64,000 bases of DNA from Clostridia bacterium (GCA_028709705.1 JAQVWL010000005.1:892-64891); one strand, 5' to 3'; shown: positions 14,077 to 25,273, numbered from the stretch's first letter. Translations and numbers: made by a program. Notes: generated from the sequence alone by a model not told the origin.

Positions 14077-16738
14077 ATTTGTTATCATATTTTTTCGTCA
14101 AAGTAATTTTTATAAATTCACTTGCAAATAATGTTAGAATGCAACTCAAAAATATAACAAGCCACTGCAATAGACCAAGCGAAACTAACCCCAGATAAAT
14201 ATGAATAGGGGTTAACGCAATAATTGCCATAATTCCAAAACAGAACAATACTGCAAAAACCGCCCATTTGTTTTTGAAAATGTTGTTTTTAAAAACACTG
14301 CCCTTTGCTCGCATAGAAATAAAGTAAAAAAACTGAATTATGTTTAGTGCATAAAAAGCCATTGACATTGCCACTTTTTCTCCGCCAAAAACAAAATTGC
14401 CAAGCAAAAAACAAGTTAACATTATAATACCTTGAAAAAGTCCCATAATTATTATCGAATGACCCACACCATTGCTAAACAAATTTGCCTTTTTGCTTCT
14501 AGGTTTGGTTGCCATAATATTTTTTTCTGCTGGCTCCAAACCCAAGGCAATAGCAGGCAAAGTGTCTGATATCAAATTTACAAACAGAATTTGAACAGGG
14601 TTCAAAAATATTATTGCCGGAAATAGAATTGTTCCCAAAAAAATTGCTGTTATTTCTGCCAAATTTGCACTAAACAAAAATTGCACTGTTTTTTGTATGT
14701 TGGAATAAATTTTTCTGCCTTCTTCAATTGCTATTATTATTGTTGCAAAATTGTCATCAGTAACAATTAAGTCTGCAACATCTTTGGTTACATCTGTTCC
14801 CGTTATACCCATTCCCACACCTATGTTTGCACGCTTGATACTTGGGGCATCGTTTACGCCATCGCCTGTCATTGCCACAATTTTGCCTTGTTTTTTATAA
14901 CCTTCAACAATTCTAACTTTGTTTTCGGGGCTTACTCTTGCAAAAACAGACACTTTGAAAAGAATTTTGTTAAATTGCTCATCATTCATTTTGTCAATTT
15001 CGGCACCTGTTATCACTTCGTTGTCATTTATTGCCAAACCTATTTGTTTTGCTATTGCTATTGCTGTGTTTTTGTGGTCGCCCGTTATCATAATCGGCCT
15101 TATTCCCGCCGTCTTGCATTTTTCTATTGCTTTTTTTACTTCTTTTCGTGGTGGGTCAATCATACCCGCAAGCCCCACAAATGTTAGATTATTTTCAAAA
15201 TTGCTATCATTGTTTCTAGGCAAAATTTCTTTGTAAGCAAAACCCAAAACTCTTAACGCATTGCTCCCCATTTTGTTGTTTGCGGTTAAAATAACGTCTT
15301 TAAAATAAGAGTTTAATTCCAATTTTTTTCCATTTATCAAAATTGAAGTGCATTGTTTTAAAAGTTCATCAACTGCTCCTTTTGTGTAAACAACACAAGA
15401 TTGATGAAAATAATGCACTGTTGTCATCAATTTTCTGTTCGAGTCAAATGGAATTTCTGCTATTCTTTCAAATTCTTTGTCAACAAATTCTTTTTCTAAT
15501 CCAAAGGATTTTGTATACTCGCAAAGCGCAATTTCGGTTGGGTCGCCAATAAATTTTTCTTCACTTTTGCTAGTGTTGTTGCATAGAAGCATTGCATTAC
15601 TCAAAAACAAAAACTCATTATTTGATATATTCGGTTTTGCTTTTAAATCAAGATTGTTATTATAGAATAATGCTTGTATTTTCATTTTGTTTTCAGTCAA
15701 AGTGCCTGTTTTGTCAGAGCATATAATTTCACAACTGCCAAGAGTTTCTACAGCATGAAGTCTTTTTACTATTGCCTTTCTTTTTGCCAATCGAGCAATA
15801 CCCAAACTCATTATAATAGTTATAACAGCAGGCAAACTTTCTGGTATTGCTGCAACCGCTATTGCAATGGCTGTTAAAAATGCTTCCAAGGGTTCACTGG
15901 GGTTCGCCCAAAATTCTATCGCAAAAGTGACAACACATATTGCCAAAATCAAAAATGTTATTATTTTGCCTATTTGATTTATGCCTTTTTGTAACGGAGT
16001 TTCGTCTTTTTTGCTCTCTTGAAGCATATTTGCAATTTTGCCAATTTCAGTGTTGTGTTTTGTTGCCACAACAACAGCAAGTCCCCGCCCGTTAGAAATA
16101 ACACAACCACTATAAACCATATTTTTTCTTTCAGCAAGAATAGTGTTTTGCCCCAAAACTGCCTTGCTATCTTTTGTTGTTGGAACGCTTTCTCCGGTCA
16201 AAGAACTTTCATCACATTTCAGCATTGAACTTTCAATAAGTCTGCAATCGGCAGGGATTATATCACCCGCTTCAAGAACTATGATATCACCTACAACACA
16301 ATTTTTGCTGGGCATTTTTTTTAATTCACCATTTCTTACAACCTTTGTTTCAGGTTCGGTCATATTTTTTAATGCTTGCAAAGAATTTTCGGCTTTTCTT
16401 TCTTGCACAAAGCCAATAATTGCATTGAGAAGAACAATGCCAAAAATAATAAAACCATCAAGAAGTTCGCTTGATGTTTGCCTAAAAATGGCAATACCTA
16501 TGGAAAGTGCCGATGCAATAAGCAAAATAATTATCATAATGTCAGTAAACTGTAAAAGAAAAACCAAAATCAAGTTTTTCTTTTTTGGTTCTTCTAATTT
16601 GTTTTCGCCGTCTGTTTTTAATTTCGCTTTTGCTGTTATTTCTGACAATCCCCGCTTGTCAACACCCAAAAGTTTTAAACATTCACTTGTTGTTATTGTG
16701 TAAAAATCTTTTTTTATCATAATTTTATTTATATTCAA
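14075..16738 (-). CDS. P-type ATPase, Ca2+-transporting (P2 type)
   Basis: CSDKTGTLTENKM, MITGDH, TGDGVNDAPS and PAD...TGES. About 10 TM segments. Confidence 0.85.
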   Translation of the reverse strand: MNINKIMIKKDFYTITTSECLKLLGVDKRGLSEITAKAKLKTDGENKLEEPKKKNLILVFLLQFTDIMIIILLIASALSIGIAIFRQTSSELLDGFIIFGIVLLNAIIGFVQERKAENSLQALKNMTEPETKVVRNGELKKMPSKNCVVGDIIVLEAGDIIPADCRLIESSMLKCDESSLTGESVPTTKDSKAVLGQNTILAERKNMVYSGCVISNGRGLAVVVATKHNTEIGKIANMLQESKKDETPLQKGINQIGKIITFLILAICVVTFAIEFWANPSEPLEAFLTAIAIAVAAIPESLPAVITIIMSLGIARLAKRKAIVKRLHAVETLGSCEIICSDKTGTLTENKMKIQALFYNNNLDLKAKPNISNNEFLFLSNAMLLCNNTSKSEEKFIGDPTEIALCEYTKSFGLEKEFVDKEFERIAEIPFDSNRKLMTTVHYFHQSCVVYTKGAVDELLKQCTSILINGKKLELNSYFKDVILTANNKMGSNALRVLGFAYKEILPRNNDSNFENNLTFVGLAGMIDPPRKEVKKAIEKCKTAGIRPIMITGDHKNTAIAIAKQIGLAINDNEVITGAEIDKMNDEQFNKILFKVSVFARVSPENKVRIVEGYKKQGKIVAMTGDGVNDAPSIKRANIGVGMGITGTDVTKDVADLIVTDDNFATIIIAIEEGRKIYSNIQKTVQFLFSANLAEITAIFLGTILFPAIIFLNPVQILFVNLISDTLPAIALGLEPAEKNIMATKPRSKKANLFSNGVGHSIIIMGLFQGIIMLTCFLLGNFVFGGEKVAMSMAFYALNIIQFFYFISMRAKGSVFKNNIFKNKWAVFAVLFCFGIMAIIALTPIHIYLGLVSLGLLQWLVIFLSCILTLFASEFIKITLTKKYDNK

Positions 16739-16864
16739 CTTGCATTTTACAAATTACAAATGGGGGAATAAAAAAATATAAAAATTTATTTTTTTTAGTC
16801 TTGTTTTTGCTTTTATTATATGTTATATATAAAATACAATCTATAAAAAGGAAATAATTTACAT

Positions 16865-17314
16865 ATGCAGAAAGAAATGAAAAATTTAAGTTTTTTGGAA
16901 CTGGAGCAACTGGCTTGCCAAAATATTGAAAAATGGCTTGAAAGAGCAACAAATTTAATATATCTAGAAAGAAAAGTGGAGTTTGAAGACTATATTAGCA
17001 AACACATAACTTGCACTTATCAAAGCGACAAAACCGAAGCAGCAATTTGTATTATGGAAAAATTGGCAGAAGAACCAGACATAAAAATTGTTGCCGAATA
17101 TGCCAAAAAGGTCTATAAAAATTTTAAAAACAACGAAGTTGTGGAACTGATTGAGCCAATTGTCACAGTTTTTTCTAAAAGGGGTGTGGAACTTTATGGT
17201 GCCACACACAAAATAAGACCGCGTAATATGTTTGTTAAACACATCGACAATGAAAATCAAATTTATAAAGCAAACGAGCACGCAAGAAAAATTGAAAAAA
17301 CAAGAGAAAAATAA
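16865..17314 (+). CDS. hypothetical protein
   Basis: 149-aa ORF with no motif recognised. Confidence 0.4.
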   Translation: MQKEMKNLSFLELEQLACQNIEKWLERATNLIYLERKVEFEDYISKHITCTYQSDKTEAAICIMEKLAEEPDIKIVAEYAKKVYKNFKNNEVVELIEPIVTVFSKRGVELYGATHKIRPRNMFVKHIDNENQIYKANEHARKIEKTREK

Positions 17315-17361
17315 TGGGTTGTTGTTGCAATGTTTTGTTAATTGTGGTATAAATAAATGTT

Positions 17362-19047
17362 ATGGAATTTAAAAACGAACTTGCAAAATTTGCAGAAGTT
17401 AATGAAAATCAAATCCTCGTTTCACCTAAAAAGGAAATGGGGGATTTTTGTTTGCCTTGCTTTGAGTTTGCAAAACTTTTTAAAAAACCGCCGAACATTA
17501 TTGCAAAAGAATATTTGCAAAAATTAAACACAAAAACTTCAAATTTGATTGGGAAAATGGAAGTTGTTGGCGGGTATCTTAATTTCTTTTTAAACAAAAA
17601 CTTGATAACAAAAGAAATATTAAAAACTTTTGCTGACTTTGACTTTAAATATAAAAACATTGGAAAAGGCAAAACTGTTTGCATTGATTATTGCTCTGCA
17701 AATCTTGCCAAATATCTTCACATCGGGCATATGTCAACAACTGTTATTGGCGAAAGCTTGCAAAGAATTTATAAAACTCTTGGCTACAAGGTTATAAAAA
17801 TAAACTTTTTGGGCGACTATGGCACACCTTTTGGCAAAATGATTGTTGCAATAAAACTTTGGGGCGACATAGAAGACATAAAAAACCGCGGAATTGATGC
17901 AATTCAAGACCTTTATGTTAAATTTGCTAGCAATGAAACCGAAGAACTTATGGAAAAGGCAAGATTTGCTTCAAAGTGCGTTGAAGATAAAGTCGGCGAA
18001 GAATATAAAATTTATAAACTTATTATTGACATTTCTATTAGGGAATGTAAACGGATTATAAATTTGATAGGTATAGATTTTGATGATTGGCGAGGCGAAA
18101 GTTATTATAACGATAAAATGCAACCAATTTTGAACGAATTGCAGGAAAAAAATATTACAAAGGTTGAAAACGGTGCAACTATTGTTGACCTAAATGACTT
18201 TGACCTTTCGGTTGCCGTTATAAAGCGAACTGATGGTGGAAGTATGTATATAACTCGCGACCTTTGTGCAGTTGAAGACAGATACAAACTTTATGATTTT
18301 GATGAAATGCTTTATGTTGTTGCAGTTCAACAAAAATTGCACTTTGCACAACTTTTCAAAGTAGCTGAACTTTTAAAAAAGTCGTATGCAAATAAATTAA
18401 AACATATAAGTTTTGGTATGTTTTCAACTCCCGAAGGCAAAATTGCAAGCAGAAAGGGAAAGCAAGCAATTTTTGTGGATATTTACAAATCCGCTTGCGA
18501 TTCTGCCAACGAGATAATCAAAGACAAAACTTTTCAATATGAAAACAAAAGCACAGTGGCACACAAAGTGGCAAAAAGTGCTATTTCATTTTCAATTTTA
18601 AAGGTTGAAAGAAGCAAAGACAAAATTTTTGACCTTGCAAAAGCAATATCTTTTGACGGCGAAACTGCACCATATTTGCAATACACATATGCAAGATGCT
18701 GTTCTTTAATAAGAAATTTTGAAAAACTTGAAAAAAATTGTAATACAAATATAAATAATAAAGAAAAATTGAACGAAATATATCAAAATTATTTTGACAT
18801 TTTTAAAATTGCAAATTCTTTTCAAGATACCGTTTTGCAAGCAAAAGACAAAGCTGAACCTTGTTTGATAGCAAGAGAACTTTTGGATTTGGCACAAGTT
18901 TTTAATAAATTCTATAACGAAATAAAAATTTTGGATAACAATAATTTTAAGTTAAGCAAAGATTTGATGGAAATTGTTAAAATGGTGAAAACTGTTTTGG
19001 AATTTGGTTTGCCTTTGGTGCTTGTTGATATTGTTTCCGAAATGTAA
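17362..19047 (+). CDS. argS: arginyl-tRNA synthetase
   Basis: CSANLAKYLHIGHMSTTVIGESL (HIGH). Length 561 aa with the terminal ..SEM typical of ArgRS. Confidence 0.85.
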   Translation: MEFKNELAKFAEVNENQILVSPKKEMGDFCLPCFEFAKLFKKPPNIIAKEYLQKLNTKTSNLIGKMEVVGGYLNFFLNKNLITKEILKTFADFDFKYKNIGKGKTVCIDYCSANLAKYLHIGHMSTTVIGESLQRIYKTLGYKVIKINFLGDYGTPFGKMIVAIKLWGDIEDIKNRGIDAIQDLYVKFASNETEELMEKARFASKCVEDKVGEEYKIYKLIIDISIRECKRIINLIGIDFDDWRGESYYNDKMQPILNELQEKNITKVENGATIVDLNDFDLSVAVIKRTDGGSMYITRDLCAVEDRYKLYDFDEMLYVVAVQQKLHFAQLFKVAELLKKSYANKLKHISFGMFSTPEGKIASRKGKQAIFVDIYKSACDSANEIIKDKTFQYENKSTVAHKVAKSAISFSILKVERSKDKIFDLAKAISFDGETAPYLQYTYARCCSLIRNFEKLEKNCNTNINNKEKLNEIYQNYFDIFKIANSFQDTVLQAKDKAEPCLIARELLDLAQVFNKFYNEIKILDNNNFKLSKDLMEIVKMVKTVLEFGLPLVLVDIVSEM

Positions 19048-19063
19048 CTTTAAGGGAAATAAT

Positions 19064-20293
19064 ATGGAAAAAGAAATTTTAGATTTTGTTGATAAATGCG
19101 AAAACAATCTTTCTGACATTTTTAAACACTACAACGAAATTTGCCTTTTAAACCAAGAAAAAGTGCTTACCGCTTTTAGAAATAATCGAATTGGTTTGCA
19201 CCATTTTAATGGTTCAACGGGTTATGGTTATGATGATCAAGGCAGAGAAAAACTTGGGGCTTTGTTTGCCGAAATTTTTGAAGCGGAAGCCGGTGTTGCT
19301 TCTCCGCTTATAACTTGCGGGTCTCACGCAGTTGCAATGGCGTTGTTCGGACTTTTAAAGTCTAACGACACAATGGTTTCCATAACCGGGAAACCATATG
19401 ACACGCTAGACGAAGTTATTTTGGGCGAAAACAATGGCGGGTTTAAAGACTATAACATAAACTATCATCAAATTGATTTAAAAGATTTAAAAATTGATGA
19501 GGAAAAAGTTTACAATTATGTGAAAACTAACAAGCCCAAACTTGTTTTTATTCAAAGGTCAAGGGGTTATGAAATAAGAAAATCACTTTCGGTTTATTAT
19601 ATCAAAAACATTGTTGAAAAAATTAAAAAAATTAGCCCTAATACTTTGGTTATGGTTGATAACTGCTATTGCGAATTTATGGAAAAAGTGGAACCTTGTG
19701 CAATCGGTGCTGATATTTGCGTTGGTTCTTTAATAAAAAACCCTGGTGGAGGAATTGCACCAAGTGGTGGTTATTATGTTGGAACAAAAAAGGCAGTTGA
19801 TTTGATAAGCGGAAGATTTACAAGTCCTTCTCTTCACACAAAAGTTGGTTCTTTTGAAATGGGTTACAGAATGTGGTTTCAAGGCTTGTTTATGGCACCA
19901 CACACCACAAATCAAGCAATTAAGGGTTCATATCTTATTGGCGAAGTTATGAAAAATTTGGGATACGATATTATTCCAAATTCAAACGAATTTAATTTTG
20001 ATATTGTAAAATCTATCAAGTTTAACACAGCAGAAGAACTTATTGACTTTGTTAGAATTGTTCAAAAATATTCGCCTGTCGATAGCGATGCTGTTCCCTT
20101 CCCTTGGAAGTTGCCAGGTTATTCTCACGAAATTATTATGGGTGCCGGCACTTTTGTTCAAGGTGCAACAATGGAACTTTCTTGCGATGCACCAATCAAA
20201 AAACCTTTTTGGGGGCATATTCAAGGCGGGTTAACATACGAACACGTAAAAATTGTTGCAATTCAACTTGCAAAACATTATTGGAAAGGTTAA
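19064..20293 (+). CDS. PLP-dependent methionine gamma-lyase family protein (YnbB / aluminium-resistance family)
   Basis: Start moved to the ATG at 19064 (RBS AAGGGA). NGSTGYGYDDQGREKLGALFAEIF and SLIKNPGGG are typical of this family. Confidence 0.65.
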   Translation: MEKEILDFVDKCENNLSDIFKHYNEICLLNQEKVLTAFRNNRIGLHHFNGSTGYGYDDQGREKLGALFAEIFEAEAGVASPLITCGSHAVAMALFGLLKSNDTMVSITGKPYDTLDEVILGENNGGFKDYNINYHQIDLKDLKIDEEKVYNYVKTNKPKLVFIQRSRGYEIRKSLSVYYIKNIVEKIKKISPNTLVMVDNCYCEFMEKVEPCAIGADICVGSLIKNPGGGIAPSGGYYVGTKKAVDLISGRFTSPSLHTKVGSFEMGYRMWFQGLFMAPHTTNQAIKGSYLIGEVMKNLGYDIIPNSNEFNFDIVKSIKFNTAEELIDFVRIVQKYSPVDSDAVPFPWKLPGYSHEIIMGAGTFVQGATMELSCDAPIKKPFWGHIQGGLTYEHVKIVAIQLAKHYWKG

Positions 20294-20331
20294 ATTATTT
20301 TAAAAAAATTTAAAAATAAAAAAGGAAAATT

Positions 20332-21105
20332 ATGAAAAAACTAAAAAAATTGTGGAATTATTTCACAACCTATGAAAAAATTTGGTATCTTTCTTCTTTT
20401 GGCATAATGGCATTTTTGTTGGCATTTTGCTTTGAAGAAGTAATTTCTGTTGAAGGTGAAGATAGTTTTATTGGAAACACAACATTTGTTATTTGTACAA
20501 TTATGGCAATTTTTGCTTCATTAACTTGTGAACTTTTGATAGCAAAACAAAGTCGTTGGAATTTTATTGTTTCGCTTTTCTTTATTGAAATTTGCGAATT
20601 TGTGATATTTTTATCTCTCGGAGATTTGGCAACCGCTTGTATTTCTCTTTTGTTTTGGATACCTGTTGACATTATCAGTTTTGTTTTGTGGATAAAACAC
20701 AAAGACAAAGAAAAACAAGTGTTAACCAAAGTGAGAAAATTTACTGTAAAGCAAGATATTTTTATTGCAATTGCAGTTTTGACTTTTACAGGCATTGTCG
20801 GTTATCTTTTGCAATTTGTTGGCGGGGAAGAAACTTATGTAGATGCTTGCGTTGCGGCTCTTGGAATGGTTAACGGACTTTTGATTTTGTTTAGGTTTAG
20901 AGAGCAATGGGCAGTTTGGATTTTATATCTTATAGTGGAAGGTATTTTGTGGATACTTAATGGACACTTTATAATGCTAATAAAAACATTTGCACTTTTA
21001 ATTAATTCAACCTATGGTTATATTGTTTGGACAAAATACATAAAAAAACACAAACAACAAGAAGAGAAAAATAATATAATTGAAAAAGAAAAAATAAGTG
21101 CATAA
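20332..21105 (+). CDS. pnuC: nicotinamide riboside transporter PnuC-like membrane protein
   Basis: About 7 TM segments. LIAKQSRWNFIVSLF and W-rich C-terminal helices resemble PnuC. Confidence 0.5.
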   Translation: MKKLKKLWNYFTTYEKIWYLSSFGIMAFLLAFCFEEVISVEGEDSFIGNTTFVICTIMAIFASLTCELLIAKQSRWNFIVSLFFIEICEFVIFLSLGDLATACISLLFWIPVDIISFVLWIKHKDKEKQVLTKVRKFTVKQDIFIAIAVLTFTGIVGYLLQFVGGEETYVDACVAALGMVNGLLILFRFREQWAVWILYLIVEGILWILNGHFIMLIKTFALLINSTYGYIVWTKYIKKHKQQEEKNNIIEKEKISA

Positions 21106-21157
21106 TAAACAAAAAAAATAATTTTATTGTAAAAAATAAAATTATTTTTTTATTTAT

Positions 21158-21829
21158 TTAATTATTTTTTGAAACATTTAAAACCAAACAATTTTTTTGC
21201 AAATCACCTATTATTTTGTTTACCAAATTCAATTTGTTTTTAAATTCATTTTCTGGGGCAAACTGAATCAAGTTTTTTGCATAAGCATATAAATATTTCA
21301 ATTTTTTGTCTTCGCTTATTTGCTTGTTTGCAAGAGCATATAATTTGTTTCGATAGTTAAACATTTCTCTCAAATATTCAACACCTTTATTGGCACGGTT
21401 TTTTGCTTTGTAAACATATTCGCTTGCAATGCAGTCTATGTTTGATATTTTTGATAACATAATAAGGGCAGAATCATAATATTTTTCGCACAAATTGTTT
21501 TGCGGAGAATTTTCAATATTTTCAACTCTTTTATTAAAACCGCTTGCCAATTTCCATGCATGAAGTGCCATAAAATCTCTGGGTTGTTTTACAAATTTTT
21601 TTTCTATTTTAAAAATATTTGAAACAATTTTGGTGTTCAAACAAGTTACTGGTGATAAAGTAGAAAAATAATATTCAATAGATTCTACTTGACCTTGTTC
21701 AGCCAATTTGGTTATTATTTTTTCTAATTCTCGTGTATCTTTTTTTTCTCTTTTATAGCCCAAAATCTTCAAATATATGCTTGCAAATTCATAGTCTATT
21801 TTGGTTAGGAAATTGTTTAAGGTTATCAT
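21158..21829 (-). CDS. hypothetical helical protein
   Basis: 223-aa ORF with no motif recognised. Confidence 0.4.
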   Translation of the reverse strand: MITLNNFLTKIDYEFASIYLKILGYKREKKDTRELEKIITKLAEQGQVESIEYYFSTLSPVTCLNTKIVSNIFKIEKKFVKQPRDFMALHAWKLASGFNKRVENIENSPQNNLCEKYYDSALIMLSKISNIDCIASEYVYKAKNRANKGVEYLREMFNYRNKLYALANKQISEDKKLKYLYAYAKNLIQFAPENEFKNKLNLVNKIIGDLQKNCLVLNVSKNN

Positions 21830-22001
21830 TCACTCTCCTAATTTATATTTTTAGTATATAAATAAATAATTAATTGTCAATTAAATTGACATTTTTTCTT
21901 AATTTTTGATATTTATTTTTATTTATTTTATTTTATTTTTATTTAAAGTTTTACTTTTTTGTAAAATTATGCTATAATTTTTTTAAAATAAGGAGTAAAT
22001 T

Positions 22002-22823
22002 ATGAATATACTTTGGTTTAGAAAACCACAAATAACAGAACCCTTGCATCACGAAGATGAAGACAACTTAAATCTTTCTGATGGGGCGCATATTTTGGTT
22101 AATTGTAAAAATGTCGTTTTGTGTGGCAGTGCTTGCGTTTTGGAAAGCACAGATACTGATTATCTTGAAGTGGGTGGAGCATCAAAAATTCAAATATTTC
22201 ACAACGGACATATCAAAACATTGTGCGGTAAAGCCAAAATTGGAATGGTAAAAACCGGAATTATAGAAAAAATGACTGACAGAGCAATTATTACCACAAT
22301 CAACTTTTGCGAGTTTGAATATGTTAGCGGAAGAGCAAAAATTGGAACTTTTAATAATGGAATTATCAAATTTTTGGACAAAAATGCTTGTATTTCAACC
22401 TTTAATTCTGGCAAAATAATGTTTATGCGTGATAATGCAAAAATTGGCACTTTGATAAGCGGAAAAATTGATGGTATGACAAACAACGCAAATGTCGACA
22501 CAATAATGAATGGTAAAATTGGTTATATGCTTAACAAAGCAAAAATTGGCACAATAAATTTGGGTGAAATTCAAGAAATTTGCGATACAGCGCAAATTGA
22601 CACTCTCAATGATGGTAATATTGTTCACATGATGGGCAACTCAATGATTTATCAACAAATTGGTGGCAATGTAAAAGAAAAAACAGGTCAAGCAATTTTG
22701 ATATATACACAAGAAAGACCAAAAAACAAACTGACCGACCAAATTGAAATGAATATTAACGAAGTGATAATTAAAAAACCAACAAAAAAAGAAAATAGAA
22801 AAGTTTTGGATATTATTGAATAG
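22002..22823 (+). CDS. repeat protein with about 9 tandem 19-20-aa units (predicted beta-solenoid)
   Basis: Units include GKAKIGMVKTGIIEKMTDRA, GRAKIGTFNNGIIKFLDKNA, DNAKIGTLISGKIDGMTNNA, NKAKIGTINLGEIQEICDTA and similar. Strong RBS AAGGAG and a TGCTATAAT promoter upstream. Confidence 0.6.
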   Translation: MNILWFRKPQITEPLHHEDEDNLNLSDGAHILVNCKNVVLCGSACVLESTDTDYLEVGGASKIQIFHNGHIKTLCGKAKIGMVKTGIIEKMTDRAIITTINFCEFEYVSGRAKIGTFNNGIIKFLDKNACISTFNSGKIMFMRDNAKIGTLISGKIDGMTNNANVDTIMNGKIGYMLNKAKIGTINLGEIQEICDTAQIDTLNDGNIVHMMGNSMIYQQIGGNVKEKTGQAILIYTQERPKNKLTDQIEMNINEVIIKKPTKKENRKVLDIIE

Positions 22824-22825
22824 AA

Positions 22826-22848
22826 AAAGCGGGAAATTCCCGCTTTTT
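22826..22848. terminator. bidirectional intrinsic terminator
   Basis: A5-GCGGGA-AAT-TCCCGC-T6 between convergent genes. Confidence 0.75.
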
Positions 22849-25238
22849 TACCTTATTATTTCAATTTGTTTGTCTTTTGCTTGTTTATATTCAATTTCAA
22901 CAACCGTTCCTACTGCCTTTATGTCACTTTCAAACTGCTTAATATCTTCGCCATAACCGCTTAAAACAACTTTTTTGATTTCTTCTTTTAAAGAGATATT
23001 GTTTTCGCTTTTGTATCTTCTTAAAGCAGTGACAACTTCAACCATATCATCGCCTTGTTGTATTATATTTTCTTCAAAATTATTTTCTATTTTTGTTATT
23101 GTGGTTAAATGTATTGAAGGTTCTTTTTCAAATTTTTCAAAAAAATCTTTATAAATTTCTTCGGTTATGTGTGGCATATAAATTGCAAACAATTTCAACA
23201 TTTCTTTTAAAACATTAAACGAAGCAAATTTTGCACTTTCGGTGGCATCTTCACCAAATATTTGTGGATTGTATAACCTTCTTTTTGCAATTTCTATATA
23301 ATTGTCGCAAAAGTTCCAAAAAAATCTTTCAAGTTCCCCTATTGCAAGACCAATCTCATATTTTTCAAAATAATTTTTAAAATATTTTTGCATTTGATTA
23401 AATTTGACAATAATCCACTTGTCTATTGGCAAAAGACTTGTTTGTTTTGGCTTGTAATCTTGCAAAAATGAAAGCACAAATTTCGAGGCGTTCCAAAGTT
23501 TGTTTACAAGCTTTGCACCGTTTTTGAACTCTTCTTCGCTAAAAACTATATCTCTTCCCAAACTGCCTGTGCTTGCCCAATACCTTGTAACATCGGCAGA
23601 TTTTTCACCAATCAATTCTTTTGGCGAAAGTTTTGAATTGGACTTGCTTTTACTTATTTTGTTTTCTTTGTCCGCCATAACAAAACCACTTATCATAACA
23701 TTTTGCCAAGGTAATTGCTTTGTGTGATAAAATGATTTTACAATAGTATAAAAATCCCAAGTTCTTATGATATCGTGGGCATTTGGTCTTAAAGACATTG
23801 GATAAATTTTGCTCATCAAATGGTTTTTTTCGCCCCATTTTGCATTTATAAGCGGGGTGATTGAAGATGTTTGCCAAGTATCAAAAATGTCAATTTCTGG
23901 TATAAACTCACTTGACCCGCATTTGCATTTGTGAAGCGGTTTGTCAGTTATTGGATTTACTGGAAGTTGACTTTCATCTGCAAAAATAATTTCGCCACAA
24001 TTTTTGCAATACCAAACAGGAATAGGGACCCCAAAATATCTTTGTCTTGAAATGCACCAATCTCTGTCAATATTTTCTACCCAATTTGTGTAGCGACTTT
24101 TCATAAAGTCAGGATACCAATTTATTTTTTCGCCATATTCCAAAAATTCTTTTTTGTGATTTAACAAATCAATAAACCATTGTTTTTTTATATTAATTTC
24201 CATTGGTGTGCCACACCTTTCGTGAGTTGAAACAGAGTGAATTATATTTTCTTGTTTAAAAATATAACCTTGGTCTTTTAGGTCCTTAATAATTTCTTCC
24301 CTTGCAACTTTTAGTTTCAAGCCAGCATATTTTCCTGCCAATTCTGTCATTCTACCGCCATCATCAATGGCAGTTTTTATTGGCAATTTGTGTTTTTGTT
24401 GCCACTCTAAATCAGTTTCATCGCCAAAAGTGCAACACATAACCGCACCCGTTCCTTTGTCAAGTGCAACTTTTTCATCTGCCAAAACTTCAACTTGAAA
24501 ATTGTAAAGCGGAACATTTACTTTTTTGCCTATTATTTTTTTATATCTGCTATCATTTGGGTTAACAAAAACGCAAACGCAAGCGGACAAAAGTTCTGGT
24601 CTTGTGGTCGCTATTTCCAACGCACCATTGCCATCTGCAAATGCAAATTTTAAATAATTGAAAATTGAAGGTATTTCTTTGCTTTCAAGTTCGGCTTGTG
24701 CTATTGAAATTCTGCATTCTGGGCACCATATTGCAGGTTTTTCGCCATAATAGGCACAACCATTTTGGGCAAGTTCCAAAAATGATTTTTGGCTTGTTTT
24801 TTGCACTTCGGGATTTACAGTTGAATAAAGCAAATCCCAATCCGCACTGCTCCCCGCTTTGACAAAAATATTTTTAAAATCTTGCTGATAACTTTCCGCC
24901 ACTTCCATACAAATATCTCTAAATTCTTCTCTTGATAATTGATGAGCTTTTATTTTTTTGTCTTTTTCTACCAATCTTTCTGTTGGCAATCCATTGTTGT
25001 CAAAACCAAATGGATAAAAAACATTGAAGCCTGTCATTCTTTTATATCTTGCAACAAACTCTGCCTGAGTGTAAGAAAAAATATGTCCAATATGAATACT
25101 TCCACTTACTGTTGGTGGTGGAGTGTCTATTGAAAAAGTTGGTTTTGATGATAAAAAATCATATTTGTAAATTTTGTTTTTTTGCCAAAATTCCTGCCAT
25201 TTGCTTTCGCTTTCTTTAAAATTATATTTATCTAACAT
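22848..25238 (-). CDS. valS: valyl-tRNA synthetase (short type without the C-terminal coiled coil)
   Basis: IDTPPPTVSGSIHIGHIFSY (HIGH), GFDNNGLPTE and KISKSKSN (KMSKS). Confidence 0.8.
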   Translation of the reverse strand: MLDKYNFKESESKWQEFWQKNKIYKYDFLSSKPTFSIDTPPPTVSGSIHIGHIFSYTQAEFVARYKRMTGFNVFYPFGFDNNGLPTERLVEKDKKIKAHQLSREEFRDICMEVAESYQQDFKNIFVKAGSSADWDLLYSTVNPEVQKTSQKSFLELAQNGCAYYGEKPAIWCPECRISIAQAELESKEIPSIFNYLKFAFADGNGALEIATTRPELLSACVCVFVNPNDSRYKKIIGKKVNVPLYNFQVEVLADEKVALDKGTGAVMCCTFGDETDLEWQQKHKLPIKTAIDDGGRMTELAGKYAGLKLKVAREEIIKDLKDQGYIFKQENIIHSVSTHERCGTPMEINIKKQWFIDLLNHKKEFLEYGEKINWYPDFMKSRYTNWVENIDRDWCISRQRYFGVPIPVWYCKNCGEIIFADESQLPVNPITDKPLHKCKCGSSEFIPEIDIFDTWQTSSITPLINAKWGEKNHLMSKIYPMSLRPNAHDIIRTWDFYTIVKSFYHTKQLPWQNVMISGFVMADKENKISKSKSNSKLSPKELIGEKSADVTRYWASTGSLGRDIVFSEEEFKNGAKLVNKLWNASKFVLSFLQDYKPKQTSLLPIDKWIIVKFNQMQKYFKNYFEKYEIGLAIGELERFFWNFCDNYIEIAKRRLYNPQIFGEDATESAKFASFNVLKEMLKLFAIYMPHITEEIYKDFFEKFEKEPSIHLTTITKIENNFEENIIQQGDDMVEVVTALRRYKSENNISLKEEIKKVVLSGYGEDIKQFESDIKAVGTVVEIEYKQAKDKQIEIIR

Positions 25239-25273
25239 TTTTGCTCCCTAAAACACTAAAAAATTTATGAAAT

